From NCBI RefSeq assembly GCF_009914755.1, contig NC_060947.1: 64,000 bases of DNA; one strand, 5' to 3'. Under the pieces are notes generated by a model. The model was not told the DNA's origin and did no database searches. It saw nothing but the letters and a program-made list of their open reading frames with translations. The stretch comes from the human T2T-CHM13v2.0 reference genome, Homo sapiens. The position numbers were made by a program, and so were the translations under genes. This document shows, in pieces, positions 43,840 to 64,000 of the stretch (positions are counted from its first letter, which is position 1; each line of letters opens with the position of its first letter).

Positions 43840-44747
43840 TACATGCAAAAGCAGTGTGTGAGTAGCACCATGAGGAGTCATGCATAGTGGGTTGTATTAA
43901 CATCTGGAGTGAGTCAGTGTAGAGAAAGAACTTATCAGTAATAATGATGCCAAGATTGCTGAAGTTGATCAAGGATTGACTGGGAAGCTAGAATTCAGAA
44001 ATAAAGGTAATGAAAATGACCAAGAAATATAAGGGCATATCAAAGAAAGTGCTGGATTACCTGCAATTACATAAGAACAAGGACTTGAGTTCTTTTCTTT
44101 AGATATTAAAAGAAAGTATAAGTCCAGAACGTTAGAGAAGTAGGAGACATTCAATTTATATATATGAGGGGTTACGAGCATAAATACATGCTCCTGGAGC
44201 ATGGTGAATTTATAAATACTTATGTATTTAGATTTTATATATTTTTCATTCTTGTACTTGGTCAGTTGTGCCGTCTTTAAATAAAGCTGTTCAAGATCTG
44301 TTTGCAGTACCTTTGTATTTTGCTTGAGTGCACCAATTTTTATCTTAGATTTATGAAGTCTAATTATCATTCAACGTCTTTGTTCAAGCCCTAGACACAT
44401 TTTTCCTTGTTTTCTCATATCTCAATTTTCAAGTTAATGATTATAATGACATCATGATTTTATGTTAAGAGTCTTTTTTTTTTAGTTGAGGTCTTTTTAT
44501 TTTATTTTTTATTTTTTATTTATTTATTTTTATTTTATTATTATTATACTTTAAGTTTTAGGGTACATGTGCACAATGTGCAGGTTTGTTACATATGTAT
44601 ACATGTGCCATGTTGGTGTGCTGCACCCATTAACTCGTCATTTAGCATTAGGTATATCTCCAAATGCTATCCCTCCCCCCTCCCCCCACCCCACAACAGT
44701 CCCCAGAGTGTGATGTTCCCCTTCTTGTGTCCATGTGTTCTCATTCT

Positions 44748-48543
<3,796 letters not shown>

Positions 48544-48606
48544 TATGACGTTAGCTGGTTATTTTGTTCGTTAGTTGATGCAGTTTCTTCCTAGCCTTGA
48601 TGGTCT

Positions 48607-49623
48607 TTACATTTTGGCATGTTTTTGCAGTGGCTGGTACCGGTTGTTCCTTTCCATGTTTATTGCTTCCTTCAGGAGCTCTTTTAGGGCAGGCCTGGTG
48701 GTGACAAAATCTCTCAGCATTTGCTTCTCTGTAAAGTATTTTATTTTTCCTTCACTTATGAAGCTTAGTTTGGCTGGATATGAAATTCTGGGTTGAAAAT
48801 TCTTTTCTTTAAGAATGTTGAATATTGGCCCCCACTCTCTTCTGGCTTGTAGAGTTTCTGCAGTGCGATCAGCCGTTAGTCTGATTGGCTTCCCTTTGTG
48901 TGTAACCCAATCTTTCTCTCTGGCTGCCCTTAACATTTTTTCCTTCATTTCAACTTTGGTGAATCTGACAATTATGTGTCTTGGAGTTGCTCTTCTCGAG
49001 GAGTATGTTTGTGGCGTTCTCTGTATTTCCTGAATCTGAATGTTGACCTGCCTTGCTAGATTGGGGAAGTTCTCCTGGATTATATCCTGCAGAGTGTTTT
49101 CCAACTTGGTTCCATTCTCCCCATCACTTTCAGGTACACCAATCAGACATAGATTTGGTCTTTTCACATAGTCCCATATTTCTTGGAGGCTTTGTTCATT
49201 TCTTTTTATTCTTTTTTCTCTAAACTTCCCTTCTCACTTCATTTCATTCATTTCATGTTCCATCACAGATACCCTTTCTTCCAGTTGATTGCAATGGCTC
49301 CTGAGGCTTCTGCATTCTTCACGTAGTTCTGGAGCCTTGGCTTTCAGCTCCATCAGTTCCTTTAAGGACTTCTCTGCATTGGTTATTGTAGGTATCCATT
49401 CATCTAATTTTTTTTCAAAGTTTTTAACTTCTTTGCCATTGGTTTGAATTTCCTCCTGTAGCTTGGAGTAGTTTGATCATCTGAAGCCTTCTCCTCTCAA
49501 CTCGTCAAAGTCATTCTCCATCCAGCTTTGTTCTGTTGCTGGTGAGGAGCTGCGTTCCTTTGGAGGAGGAGAGGTGCTCTGCTTTCTAGAGTTTCCAGAT
49601 TTTCTGCTCTGTTTTTTCCCCAT
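48607..49623 (-). pseudogene. Disrupted L1 ORF1
   Basis: ATG GGG AAA AAA CAG at 49623. The ORF track recovers only the C-terminal 186 aa (RPNL.LIGVPE, ARREWG, YPAKLSF). Confidence 0.93.
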
Positions 49624-49624
49624 C

Positions 49625-50670
49625 TTTGTGGTTTTACCTACTTTTGGTCTTTGATGATGGTGATGTACAGATGGGTTTTTGGTGTGGATGTCCTTTCTGT
49701 TTGTTAGTTTTCCTTCTTACAGACAGGACCCTCAGCTGCAGGTCTGTTGGAGTTTGCTAGAGGTCCACTCCAGACCCTGTTTGCCTGGGTATCAGCAGCG
49801 GTGGCTGCAGAACAGCGGTGGCTGTAGAACAGCGGATATTGGTGAACTGCAAATGCTGCTGCCTGATTGTTCCTCTGGAGGTTTTGTCTCAGAGGAGTAC
49901 CCGGTCATGTGAGGTGTCAGTCTGCCCCTACTGGGGGGTGCCTCCCAGTTAGGCTACTCTGGGGTCAGGGACCCACTTGAGGAGGCAGTCTGCCTGTTCT
50001 CAGATCTCCAGCTGCATGCTGGGAGAACCACTACTCTCTTCAAAGCTGTCAGACAGGGACATTTAAGTCTGCAGAGGTTACTGCTGTCTTTTTGTTTGTC
50101 TGTGCCCTGCCCCCAGTGGTGGAGCCTACAGAATCAGGAAGGCCTCCTTGAGCTGTGGTGGGCTCCACCCAGTTCGAGCTTCCCAGCTGCTTTGTTTACC
50201 TAATCAAGCCTGGGCAATGGCGGGCGCCCCTCCCCCAGCCTGGCTGCCACCTTGCAGTTTGATCTCAGACTGCTGTGCTAGCAATCAGCGAGACACTGTG
50301 GGCATAGGACCCTCCAAGCCAGGTGCAGGATATAATCTCCTGGTGTGCCGTTTTTTTAAGCCCGTTGGAAAAGTGAAGTATTAGGGTGGGAGTGACCCAA
50401 TTTTCCAGGTGCCGTCTGTCACCCCTTTCTTTGACTAGGAAAGGGAACTCCCTGACCCCTTGCACTTCCCGAGTGAGGCAATGCCTTATCCTGCTTCGGC
50501 TCACACACGGTGCACTGCACCCACTGTCCTGCACCCACTTTCTGGCACTCCCTAGTGAGATGAACCTGGTACCTCAGATGGAAATGCAAAAATCACCTGT
50601 CTGCTGTGTCACTCACGCTAGGAGCTGTAGACTGGAGCTGTTCCTATTCGGCCATCTTGGCTCCACCCTC
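49625..50670 (-). promoter_or_regulatory. L1 5'UTR: internal sense promoter and antisense promoter
   Basis: Intact YY1 site CAAGATGGCCG (50649-50659) and ORF0 region present; many CpGs decayed to TG/CA. Confidence 0.8.
50217..50384 (+). pseudogene. L1 ORF0 (antisense), frameshifted
   Basis: MAGAPPPAWLPPCSLISDCCASNQRD matches the ORF0 N-terminus. Frame shifts at the T7 run 50351-50357; the C-terminal GVTQFSRC lies in another frame. Confidence 0.85.
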
Positions 50671-52879
50671 TTATGTTAAGTGTCTTATTAAAAACTACAT
50701 TCACCAGTGTGTTCTGTGACACATCTAATTATTCACATAAAGGGAATCACTTTCAAAAAATTGGGGAAATACTGTAAGCCAGAGTCTACAGTTCACATTA
50801 AGAAACTAATAGTCTCTGAGAGGTCCCACAGGGGAATAAAAAAAATTAACATGGTTTAATGTAGCTTTATTTGACTATGGAACTCACTTTTTACCTAATA
50901 CCTATTTATATCCCATGGAACTAATGTTCATTAAAACAAATAATCCAAAGTGTTTTTGCATTATCTCACTTATTCTCACAAATAAAATATTAAAAAGGAT
51001 TTACTGGTCAAAGGAGAAAAAATCACATAACTCCAATTACATTTAAAGCATATTTATATTTAAAGAGATTACACTAAAAGCAATGTGTACCTTTTATTCC
51101 ATGAGAAATTAATTTAATCTGACTGCTTGCATCTTATTCTCCACTTAAGTTTGCTGAGCATCTTTTCTTTATTCTCCTTAGTACAGTGTTAAATATCTAC
51201 AGTCATCCACTGAACAAATATTCCACAGCATTGCTTTTTTTTGTATAAGAGTCTTTTATGTTTTTAATCCAGTATCTCCCATAGTCTACATGGTTCCCTC
51301 TACCAACCATGGCCTCTATGGAAGATCATGAGGTATCAGTGTCATTCTTTTGGTAATGAGACAAAATCAAAAGTAACTCCTCCTCCCAAATTTGACCAAT
51401 GTCTACAAGAAAGACACTTTACCTGAATTTATCCCTTCTTAATTCTAAATTTCTGGTCACCTCATTGACCCTTTCCCACTCCCAGCACCCAAGAACACAG
51501 ACCCCTGAAACACCCTGGAGCATAGACAATCATGGATCCAGGCCATATCCTGTCATTAAGATTTTAGAAATGAGAACACAGAAAGTTTAATTTATTTAAT
51601 CAAGATCATACAGCTAGTTAATAGCAATGTAGAAACAGTAATCTAAATTTTTGGCCACATCTTGGCTTCTCTGGCTCATGGATCAATCTCTGGTATTTTA
51701 GAGTTTCCAAGGCCAACGACTACCTCTTACAACATACACAGACACTTACATATATACAGAAGCCAAACATATACCACATTTGGAAAAAGGCATCAGTGAG
51801 ATATCTTACAGGACCATTTACTAAAATAAAATAAAAATTCCAGAAATATTTTTCTTATGAAAATTCAATGACAGTTTTTGTTTCCACATAAGGTTTTTAG
51901 AGAAGACTTGCTTGTCTGTCCTGCACCTGCTCTAATGTCATGGAATGCCTGAAAGAGTCTCTTGGTGTCAATAACCCACATGTTCAAGAATTCCCCAAAT
52001 TTCACGAACGTTACAAACTATAATACTTTTATGGCATTGAATTTAAACTCTCAACAGTGATGCACAAAAATTAGCCATGACAGTGCTTTTGGAGATATTG
52101 CAGCAAAACATGATAATAATATACAATACAAAGGGATAAAAACCAAAGCTCATAGATGTCTACATAATGAGATCTTCTATTCAGAATTACTATATATTTT
52201 ATCTTCACCATATTGACTTGTCTAGAGAAAGTGGAGAAACTCTATCTTAGTTGACAAGTTAACTCCCCATATGCTTCCAAGAAACACGGAAATCTAGAAG
52301 ATGAAGTCATTCTTCTGTGGATATTAACATGCACAATTTTGCAGACATAAATTTTTTGAGAATCTCTTAGAAAACAAAGGGAGTAGGAAAAATTAGTAAG
52401 AGGATCAAATAAAAGTGTTGTCTAAGAGGGCTGAGTGGAAACTTGGTGGGATGATGCTCATTATCTTGATGTCAGAATTGGTTGTTGAATGGAAAGATAA
52501 AGGAGAAATGATGGAGAAGATGGTGATATTACCTGACAGAAGGCTACAGGAAAATTGAGGAGTAGTGTGAAAGTGATTTTTTTGGGAAAACTGAACAATA
52601 TGTATTGTTGGGGGAAAATGGGCCTCAACAGAGTGAAGTATTCTTGTCACGGAAAAGATAGAAAAAGGGTTGGGTAGTTACAGGGGGACAACAATGCCAG
52701 ACTGGGGAGTGTGGACTGGATACAAGAGAATGAGGGAGCTCAGGATGAGCAGAAGGGCGGGGAAGCAATATTCATTAAGCACCTTCTATGTGCCAGTCAA
52801 TAGGCCAGGCTTCAAATTATTACCTTGCTGAAATCTTCACAGCAGCCCTCTAATAGGTATTTATCCCTGATTCCATATC

Positions 52880-53725
52880 CATGCTCTGCTTCCCCTCCTA
52901 TTACAATGGCTGAAGAATTCAAACCCCTTTCAAAGGCTAGCACTGTCATTTGTCCTCTAGATCCCATCCCCTCCATTTTTCTTTTTATTGAAACATTCTC
53001 AATGGTATTCAAACATACTCTGCTCTCTCTTCTATTAAATAGGCAAATGCAACTCATCAAGCTCTTTTTCTCCCTTGGCTACTGCCCCATTTCTCTACTT
53101 CCTTTCATGGCAGAACTTCTCGAAAGAGTTTTTCACAATCACTTCATTTCCACACCTCTAACTGACTTTTGAACACAACTAGAGGAGGAGTAGGAGGGGA
53201 CACTCATTCCAAAGTGTCCAATTAAGCCCAATCCTTTAAAAGTATTATGTTGTCATGATGGCTGTTAAGAGCATGGTGAAAAGATATTAGAATAAGATGT
53301 GGGGAATCATGACCGTGAGACAGAGAAAGTAGTCAAAGGTTTTCCACCTTTTAAAAATGTACTTGATCCCCCACTAATTGCACAAACTCTGCCCCTCAGA
53401 CCTAGATCCACCCACAGCATCAGGCCCACACTTCTGGCTTCGATCCACTCTATTCTGTCCTCTATCCACTCCAATAAACTGAAACAGTTCCTATTAGAGT
53501 CACCAATGACCATCATTTTGCAAAATCCAATGGTAACTTCCCTGTCCTCTTTATACTCAACCTCTCAGTAGCATCTGATCCTGTTAACCATGTCTTCTTG
53601 TACCACCATTTCTGCTGGATTGCTGGATATCATACTCTCTTGTTTTTCTCCTAGTTTACTGTCTAGTCATTCCCACTTTCCTTTATGTGTTCCTCTTTCT
53701 CTGACTTTTAAATCTTGAACTGCAG
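52880..53725 (+). mobile_element. L2 internal fragment(s)
   Basis: ctagatcccatccc, ctactgccccatttctct...cttctcgaaagag, gtcaccaatgacc...aaatccaatggt, cctctcagtagcatctga. Confidence 0.65.
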
Positions 53726-53821
53726 GCCACTGGGGCAGAGGAAGCATGCACACTAGTGCATGGTGTTTGGTATCTCATCATACCACTTTGGTGGAAGAGC
53801 AGTGGCTGTAGAATCTGTTTC

Positions 53822-54010
53822 TTTTTTTAACTTTGATTTTAGATTAAGGAGTATATGTGCAGGTTTGCTATATAGATGAATTGCATGTCTCGGAGGTTTT
53901 GGGGTACAGATTATTTCATCGCCTATGTAATAAGCATAATACCCTATAGATTATTTTTTGATCCTCACCTTCTTCCCAGCCTTCATCCTCAAGTAAGCCC
54001 TGGTGTCTGC
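53822..54010 (-). mobile_element. Older L1PA (PA13-16-like) 3' terminal fragment
   Basis: ttttagatt...tatatgtgcaggtttgcta...tacagattatttcatc...aataagcata...cctcaagtaagccctggtgtc. Confidence 0.85.
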
Positions 54011-54868
54011 TGCAGAACCTCTTTCTAGGTATATGATTAGTGACTGAACCTCCAGTGCCCTGTCTCCTGGTGCTAGAGGATTATTTATTTATATATTGCA
54101 TTAACTTCTAGTTACTTCTTTGCACCTCTGCCCTCTTTCTGCATTTTGCATCCCTACAGGACTATGCCCTTTGGAATTTATCCTCCTGAATTCACTTTTT
54201 ACTTAACTAAAGTAGTATATTAGAGAGGACAGACAGGTAGTTTCAATAAGGGAATATCAATGCCTATAAGCTCTGTTGTCATATCAAGGAAAAATGACAT
54301 ATTTCAGTAGAATTAGGAAATGGACTTTCTCTTGTTTAAGGGCTGTGAGGTGGTAATTTATAAGGGAAGATTAAAAGAACAAAGTACATATAACTTGGCT
54401 TAGAGGGAGGTCTAAAGATCTGCAAATATCTCTAACTGCACAAACATTAGCAAGAGAAAATATTGATTTAGCTTAGTACAAGCTACAAGGTGCTGTAACT
54501 AAGAATAATGAAGTTAAATTTTAAGAACACAGAGAGAATGCCATGAAAATATTAGAATAAAAATAGAGTGAGCTATGGAATATTCTGCAAAGGGAAGCTT
54601 TTCTAATAAAGGGAAAACAGCTCTGTGAGATGAAACAAATCGTTGTTATGCAAGATCAGTGACATCCTCAACTCCAAGTCTGCACAAATGTAAGAACACT
54701 AGTTTTCTATCTTGTGTTACATTAATTGGGATGACAGTTCCTATGCTTCTCAACATACCTATAAATAGGTTCTGGGTCAACTTCTGCCTGTAGGTATTCC
54801 TTGATCTTTTAAAGACAATGATTACCCACTTAATTTTTTCACTTCAGAGAACATACAGAAAAAGAGAG

Positions 54869-58521
<3,653 letters not shown>

Positions 58522-59589
58522 AGAAAAAGAGAGTATTTGTGTGGCACACTGGATATCACGGCAGACTAGCCAGGGGCTCTGGCTACATCTGACCCTGCTA
58601 AACCACTCCAAGGACTGAGGGGATAGATATGTTGGCTCACCTGGAAGCAAATCTTGGCATACTATTGTTCTTCAACACACTTTTTAGGAAGCACTGTGCT
58701 TTTCATTTAGACTTGGGAGGCAGCCAGTCTCCAACCCCCAACTCCCAATCCCTTCTTCTATTCCTCCTGTTTCACTACCTTCTTATGGCTCTACTGAAAT
58801 AAGTCCCTTCCGTCTTTCTCTTTCCTCATCCCCTTCTCAAAGCAGAAAAAAAAAAAAAAAACATGTTTTGCTTTGACATAATAATCCAAACAATTTCTCC
58901 CAAGATCCTTACAATGTGGAAAGAGAGCCATAGTCAGTATATCCTGAGGAGGTAGGTAGGCATTTTTCTAGTTCTCTAGGACACATCTAGCTTACCACTA
59001 CTGTTTACAAGTCTGAGTTGAAGGGAGGCAATGGTCAATTGTTACAAACTTCATAAACTGACCAATGAATATTTGCCTGGTCCATATTTAGGTTGTTCTT
59101 TTCATCATGAAAAGTTCCCCAGTTTACTAACCACTAGCAAAGGTTTGTCTCTTAAAAGTTGCTAAGTCTAAATAATAACAACAAACTAAAATTCTAGAAT
59201 TATTGAGTCTGATTTTATGAGTATCAATTACAGTATTTTAATTATATATTCCTGATCATACTTAAGGCTGATGACTATTTAAAATTTGGCAAAAAGAAAA
59301 CACAACAGTCTTAGAGTACTAAGCCAAGTTGTAATGCTCGGGCCACTAAATGCATTAAACCTTGTACTCAGAACACTTGTATAAAGCCTGGAACACTTAT
59401 CAGAATGTCAAAACAATCAGGAAGATAACAGTCTTTGCATCTGAGAGATTCAGTGGGATAAGTGGAAAGAGCACAGGACCAAGACTTAGGAGTTCTGGGT
59501 TCTCTCAAGTCTTGTTCCTGTCATTTGCAAACATTGTGCACTTAGGCCTACCAGATCCTCCCAAGTGTTAATAGTTTTGTATTTAAAGA

Positions 59590-60810
59590 CGAATGTGGTT
59601 AGATATGGTGAACTGAACATAGGCCTGAATCTCTACTCCATCCCTAAACCCCACTGAAATGACATTAAAGGAATAAAAAGGGTATAACTCATTAAAAAAA
59701 AGACTGAGTAGGAAATGACATCAGACAGGGGGTGGTAACAAAAATTTGGAAGCTGGAAAGCAGATGGACAAGTGTTACACTGACTCAGCTGACCTTGGGA
59801 AAGCTAAGCCTAAGCCTGAAGAGGAGGGGGATGCAAAGGCAAGAAGCAAGCCCATTTCCACCATAGAACCCCAGAAAGTTTCAAAAGTTAGAAATATCAA
59901 ATAAATTTTCAGGCAGGGAAGTAGGTTGAGACTGAAAACAAGTGACCTTATGAAATGTCTTTAAAGCAAGTAGTTAGACCCCTAGATATCTTTCCCACAC
60001 TGTACTCCCAGATAATTGAATCCTCCACTCCTATTCTGATTGGAGACAGAAGGTTTACTCTTTGGGGAGGCTTAACTACTCAGGCTCTAGGCTTAGGAAC
60101 AGTAGGCCCAGCTGAGGACAGCAAAGATGACTTGTACTGAAAACAGGGAAAATAAGGGAAAGTCTACATAGTCAACAATGAACGTCCCAATGCCCTTTTT
60201 CCATACTCAGTTTCCAGAAACAGGTAGCTAAACTTCTACCATGGTATAGATTGGAGCCAGAGGACAGATAACTCTAAGAGCAATACTTCCAAGTGGAACA
60301 TGAGCCTGATAGCATGCTGACAACTTGAATGTGTAGTTAGAGGAGGTTTTCAATTATTCAGAGAATTTGGTGATGAATTAATTACTGGTATATAGAAAGC
60401 TAAGCAACTGAAAAAAATGAGCCAATTAATGAGCTCCAGAAAAATTAAAATGTCATACAAGCAAAGAAAGGTAATCATAATAGAGTGAGTAGCTCAGCTA
60501 TAAATAATGTGACATAATCAACAATATTGTAAACACTGAACTGATTTAACCAACTATGGTGTATGTGCTGGGTAGAAGGGGCCTTTTAGGAAAGTGGAAT
60601 TCTCTTCTTATAATAGGAAGTCAGCAGGTACTACCTAATATTGAATTTTAAAAAATAACAGTGTAAGTGTATAATTTAGATGTGTATGTGGAGGCAAACA
60701 TCAGAAGAAAAAGAGCAGAGAGTTGGATGTTGTTTACTTTGGGAGAAAATATATCAGCAGTTAGACAGAACAGAGCAGGGGACTGCTCTTTGCATTACAA
60801 GCCTAGTAGT
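59590..60810 (+). mobile_element. Probable ancient L1M/HAL1-like relic
   Basis: A-rich, with motifs resembling old L1/HAL1; a tail gactttttaaagtatgtacatttattactt continues after the Alu at 61141. Family uncertain. Confidence 0.4.
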
Positions 60811-60824
60811 ACTGCTTGACTTTT

Positions 60825-61140
60825 ATTGTGTTTATTTATTTTTAAGTGACAGGTCTCACTCTGTTACTCAGGTTGGAGTGCAGTGGTGTGATCATAGCTC
60901 ACTGCAGCCTTGAACTCCTGGGCTTATGCAATCTTCCCACCTCAGCCTCCTGAGTAGCTGGAATTACAGGCACATGCCACCAGACTTGGCTAACTTTTTA
61001 AAATTTTTATTTTATGTATTTCACAGAGATGGTGTCTTGCTATGCTGCCCAGGCTAGTCTTGAACTCCTGGCCTCAAGAAATCCTCCTGCCTCAGCCTCC
61101 CAAAGTGCTGAGATTACAGGTGTGAGCTACCACACCTGGC
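60825..61140 (-). mobile_element. Alu (AluJ-like)
   Basis: Antisense Alu with 14-bp TSD ACTGCTTGACTTTT at 60811-60824 and 61141-61154. Confidence 0.96.
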
Positions 61141-63642
61141 ACTGCTTGACTTTTTAAAGTATGTACATTTATTACTTAGATTAAAAAATTAATCTTAAAA
61201 AATTATTAAATTTGGCTAAATAACCTTTGGTCTTTCCTATTTTGAAAATGTAATGACTATGCAAAACATTAATAGTTTCTTCTGAGAGCTTGAACCTCAC
61301 ACTCTTTCATGAAATTAGATATTACTTAGGAAGAGAAAACATTAAGACTTCCAGATCCTCATAGACTTCCTAGTACATGAAGTGCTCAAGCTACTCATGT
61401 GGGTTGTTTAAACTGCAGTTTAAATTTAGTTTGGTGCATTTACTTTCTGCCACATATATATGACTGTTTCTACTTTGGATATTGCATGACATCCACATAT
61501 ATGCTAATCCTGAAAAATAGATGGAAAGCAAATATGGCTTGAAGTAACCAGGAATTGAAAACCACCATGAATAGTGTCAGCCTGACCCAGGAGAGAACTT
61601 TTTATGTCCCATGAATGACTCTTACCCTATCTTTCAATAGTGGCTGCACTCTGCTTTCTGATCAGAATTTCTCTCTGGATTGAAACTTTTATTTCCTTCT
61701 CTTTGCTTGATTCTTAGCATTTACTGAAAAACATCAGTTACCAGTGCTTACAGACATCACTAGCAGTAATTATCAAATTCCAGACTAAACCTACCTTTTG
61801 CTTCCTAGTGAATCTAAGAGCTGATTCTTCTCTCTCCCATTCCTCTTTGTCCAGTCCCTGCATTATATCCAGTGCAATGCATTTAAAAAATAAACTACAC
61901 TTGACTTCCTAAGAACCTTGGCTATAATTTTAAATAAAAGAGGTTGGTGACCATCAGCATTATGTGTAAGTCCTGTTTACTGGTAGGTTTGAGCACAGTG
62001 TCCATTCTTGTATTCTTACTAATTGCTATTCTATTAGACACCATTCGTTTTTCATTGTCCTTTCTCTACATCGCCTACTTTACCTACATAAGCACTAACC
62101 TTTTTTTTTTTTTTTTTTTGGGGGGTGCTAGACCTAGTAAAAGGGCCAACACAAGCAATTTGTCTCAGGCATTTCTCTATCTCCCTTGTTCTGCCGCCTT
62201 CCTCCCATTTGGCAGATAGAACCTTTCACATGATTTTAAACCCCATTCTGCCCGCTCCCTTCACTCCTGAATATCTAGAAATTCCAGTAAAATTCCTTCC
62301 ACATACAAGAAAGCATCCCATATCCACACCTATCTCACCCTCCCTTGCCTAACAGAACTTAACTCCCTGGATTTCCATTCAGCTTGAGCTACGTTCTTTC
62401 TCATCACATGCAGGGAGTTGCATATACCCCTTACATAGAGAGTTCTTTTATTTTTGAATGTAGACTTAATTTAAATATTTGAATTTGGCTTAAAAGATGA
62501 TGCATATCTAGTAGACACCATTAAATATTATTCCAAAAAGCATCACAGCTTTAGCAACTCATATTTCCTTCAGGCTTTTTCTTTCAGATTAATTCAAACT
62601 ATTAATTTTGAACCTCTATGTATGCTCGGTATGCCATTTTACTCTGTGTAAAATTGGCATGCTGTTTTAGCCAATTAAAACGGAAAATATTTCTGTTTGG
62701 TTTTAATTGATTTATCTATTTATTCACTTACTATTATTTTGGCAAGAAAGGGAGTTCACTTCCCTGAACTATTTCCTTTGGATTGAGAATTCTTGATGTT
62801 AGGTTGAGTGTTAATGGTTTTCAGTCCAGCTGTTAATGATGCAGGATTCCTATGCTCTAGGGAGATTTTAGAAGGAATTAAGTGTGAATACCTCCTCACC
62901 TGCTTGTCTTCTATTCTAACAAGAGCTTTTGCTCATTAAAAAGTGCCTGCTCTAGCTTAATTCTTCTCAGAGTGAACACTTCAGGATTATGCAAGCAGGC
63001 TAGGTAGTCTCCTCTGATTCAATATTCATACCTTTGAAAAGAGATATAATGTGATGAAAAATAGAGATGCTAACTGAAGAACAACTATTATTTGCTATTA
63101 CCAAGAAAAACTGGATGACATTAAAGAAAATCCCAGATTAACCATGTGAAAAAACTTAATCTGGGAAAAGAAACTCCTTCTGGGAGTCAGTAGATTGAGG
63201 GAAAAGAAGAGAGATAGAAAGAAATGGAAGGTATAGAACAAACCCAATGAAAGCATGGTGACTCAACAGCCTGAAGTATCTGTTTTAGAAACGACTTCCC
63301 AGACCACCACTGAGACCAGTGCGAATGCAGAAGTGAGCAAGTAAGGAAGCAGCTCTGTAAAGGAAGAAGGAATAGAGATCACATCGCAGCAGGAGTGTCC
63401 ATTGTGACAGTCTAGGTAAAAGAGAGAGAGGAACCACAGCTGTGAGGGGACAAGTTGGTTCCTCAAAAGATATTAATGAGGTTTTCATGACATGTGTCAG
63501 GATGCAAATGACAGGGGAAGAGTCCACTTAACAATGGAGTTGTCAAAGATGTAAAAATTTGCAGCACTACTTCAATATTATTTCACTTACTTAATGTATT
63601 TTCATGCTTAATGAACTAAATCACTGGACTGATTTGTTTAGG

Positions 63643-63953
63643 GCAGCACTGTCCAACAGAAATATAATGTGCACTACATATGTAATTTTAAAATTTCTGG
63701 TAACCAAACTAAAAAATATAAAATAAAACAAGTAAAATGAAATTTAGTAATTTAACACAATATAGTAAAAATAACCATTTTACCAACTAATCAATGTAAA
63801 AAATCATTGATGGGATATTGCACATTTTTTTTCATGCTGATACTTCAAGACCTAGTGTATATTTTATAATTACAGCATATTTCAATTTGGACTAGTCCTA
63901 TTTCATGTGCTCAATAGTCACACGTGGCCAGTAGCTGCCATAGTGGACAGTGT
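63643..63953 (+). mobile_element. MER33 (hAT-Charlie)
   Basis: cagcactgtccaacagaaatataatg...acatatgtaattttaaaatttctgg...gtgctcaatagtcacacgtggccagtagctgccatagtggacagtg. Confidence 0.9.
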
Positions 63954-64000
63954 ACATTTAGAGGAACTCATTTTTGCATCACTACCTATGAAGTAGTCTT

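Noticed and set aside
52750-52765. GC box GGGCGGGG as a promoter
   Set aside because: Single motif with no CpG island, in L2/MIR-like surroundings.

Overview
This is AT-rich, CpG-poor primate (human-like) non-coding DNA, either intergenic or deep intronic. I could not recognise a host protein-coding gene and cannot name the locus. Every long ORF derives from LINE-1 or Alu. The window holds a full-length L1PA3/4-like element (minus strand, 44476-50670, 16-bp TSD), a twin-primed 5'-inverted L1PA2/3-like element (54869-58521, 12-bp TSD), two further truncated L1PA copies, an L1MA/PB copy nested in a Tigger4a, five Alus, a MaLR solo LTR, and MER33, MER5, L2 and MIR relics. The most notable observations are these. 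(1) Two neighbouring L1s of apparently different age share the same rare endonuclease substitutions (F193L, D205E) plus a third variant, which suggests local gene conversion. (2) The full-length L1 ends in a probable 10-nt 3' micro-transduction. (3) The twin-priming junction shows microhomology and a duplication. (4) There is a recent 125-bp tandem duplication and a 20-bp-stem hairpin. (5) Several blocks look like enhancers or non-coding exons. I see no evidence for a wholly new biological system. Repeat subfamily names come from recalled consensus diagnostics, not from a database search.
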